Source of the DNA: Eledone cirrhosa
Taxonomy: Eukaryota
DNA: 64,000 bases
Direction: 5' to 3'
Assembly: GCA_964016885.1 (NCBI GenBank)
Contig: OZ024745.1
Coordinates: forward strand, 85,312,001-85,376,000
The notes beneath the pieces are model-generated. The model worked only from the letters and a program-made list of their open reading frames with translations, was not told where the DNA came from and made no database searches. Numbering within the stretch: position 1 is the stretch's first letter; each line of letters starts with the position of its first letter. This document shows, one piece after another, positions 59,092 through 64,000 of the stretch. Made by a program: the position numbers and the translations under genes.

Positions 59092-59140
59092 GATTCCTGA
59101 TGATTTCTAATGAATGAAACAGTTCTAGTCCTGTAGAATC
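59092..59140 (+). ncRNA. Type I hammerhead ribozyme (right member of a palindromic pair)
   Basis: Exact reverse complement of 59041-59089. Confidence 0.8.
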
Positions 59141-59145
59141 TCATC

Positions 59146-59185
<40 letters not shown>

Positions 59186-59266
59186 TTTATTATTACTATA
59201 TATATATTAATTATTACTATATATATATTTACTATATAATATATTATTACTATATAATATATATAT

Positions 59267-59300
<34 letters not shown>

Positions 59301-59832
59301 ATATATATTTATATATATATAATATAAATATATATATATAATATATAATATATATATATATAATATATATAATATACATATATATATATAATATATATAT
59401 ATATAATATATAATATATATATATATAATATATAAATATTATATCTATATAATATATATATATAATATATATATATATATAATATATATATATATATAAT
59501 ATATATAATATATAATATATATATATAATATATATATATATAATATATATATATATATAATATATATATATAATATATATATATATATAATATATATATA
59601 ATATATATATATATAATATATATATATATAATATATATATATATAATATATATATAATATATATATAATATATATATATAATATATATATATAATATATA
59701 TATATAATATATATATAATATATATATATATAATATATATATATAATACATATATATATGTATATGTATACATATATATATATATTCATATATATATATA
59801 TGTATGTATATGTATACTTATATATATATTTG

Positions 59833-62665
<2,833 letters not shown>

Positions 62666-63576
62666 TGCGAGAATGAAGAAAATACACAGGCAAGAGAAGA
62701 ATATACAGGCTACTATATGAAGTAGTAATGGCATTCAATTAGAACAATAACAACAATTACAACAATGCTATTAATAAATTATTCGAGGAGACCCTGACAT
62801 TACTTAGGTGGGGGGTATAATGTCTCTAACGTTACGGCGTGTAAAACTAGCTGTGATGAGGCAAAAGTAAGAGTTTGGCATGTACAGAGTATCGAAGCGT
62901 GTATCAATTTTAAATTATAAAGATAAGCCAGTGTTTACAGTCTTTCTTTTCATCAAGTCTTTCTTTTCATCAAGATAGATCTTTCTAACTTATTGTTAAG
63001 TAGCCTTTTTACATTTTTGAGGATATACAATAGCTCAAGATCACATAGCCCGCAGTGGGACATCCCTGTACTATGGGTTTTAGCAGCCGACAACTTCGAC
63101 CAGTTGATACTGTAGTTAGTGCTGCTGTCCTTCAGTTCCCATATTTTTTTGGCGAGGGTTGTGGAACCCATAAGTGCACGGTTTTTCATAAGTTAGAAAG
63201 ATCTATCTTCTGCAGACATAGAATTGCCACTAAATTCATAAGATTCAAACCTCCGTGAATCGAACCAACACAACATAGCTTTAAATTAGGATACCTACTA
63301 CCCACAGAAATATAGTCATTAAGTATACTATATCCTTCACAAGTCTATACCACACAAATGTCTGTAAGTACATCATCTACCCACAAACTTATTCCTTCTC
63401 AGCTGCTGCCATCATTTGATCCTAAATCCTTGTTTTTCTCAAATCACAACTACAATGTAACTTTACCTTCCTTTTGACATAATTACAATTAGCACGCTTA
63501 TCTTTTTGCATGTATGTATATTTTTGTACGAGTGTATATTGATGTGTATGTATGTGTCTATGTACACATGCATGTG

Positions 63577-63654
<78 letters not shown>

Positions 63655-64000
63655 TGTGCGTGTAAATATATGCGTATATTACTTCGTTAACCTCTGTATT
63701 AACTCAACAACTATTTAGCTTTGACAGTGTTGTCCCACTCATGTATACTATTGAATATGAAAAGAAAGACTGTAAACACTGGCTTATCTTTATAATTTAA
63801 AATTGATACACACTTCGATACTCTGTACATGCCAAACTCTTACTTTTGCCTCATCACAGCTAGTTTTACACGCCGTAACGTTAGATACATTATACCCCCC
63901 CCCCACACACACACACCTAAGTAATGTCAGGGTCTCCTCAAATAATTTATTAATAGCATTGTTGTAATTGTTGTTATTGTTCTAATTGAATGCCATTACT
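62666..64000. mobile_element. Rearranged duplicate of the H5 3' region: direct pieces (62666-62953, ~62972-63188), then an inverted arm running off the window
   Basis: Matches 60288-60585 and 61141-61358 directly; 63189-64000 is the reverse complement of ~60345-61159. Confidence 0.85.

Overview
AT-rich eukaryotic (animal) repetitive DNA. The SINE types and the (TA)n load suggest a mollusc or cephalopod, but this is inference. No host gene is recognisable; most of the ORF track is spurious (YI)n translation of (TA)n. The window is a (TA)n matrix containing retroelements: two Neptune-like Penelope-like element (PLE) families (RT + C-terminal GIY-YIG, one as a head-to-head inverted pair), five Hydra-clade-like PLE remnants (four showing the CxCx5Cx5C linker), two copies of a CR1-group LINE plus a fragment of a third, an L1/Tx1 fragment, RTE 3' ends, two tRNA-derived SINE families and three non-coding repeat families. 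Manual folding found about 24 type I hammerhead ribozyme (HHR) motifs in about 12 sequence families. They include two retrozyme-like repeats (466-bp and 422-bp units) and several non-canonical forms: CCGANGA and CAGAAGA cores, a U.U pair closing stem II, 48-95-nt stem II domains, and self-complementary stem III. Many elements occur as head-to-head fold-backs. All structures were folded by eye and boundaries are approximate.
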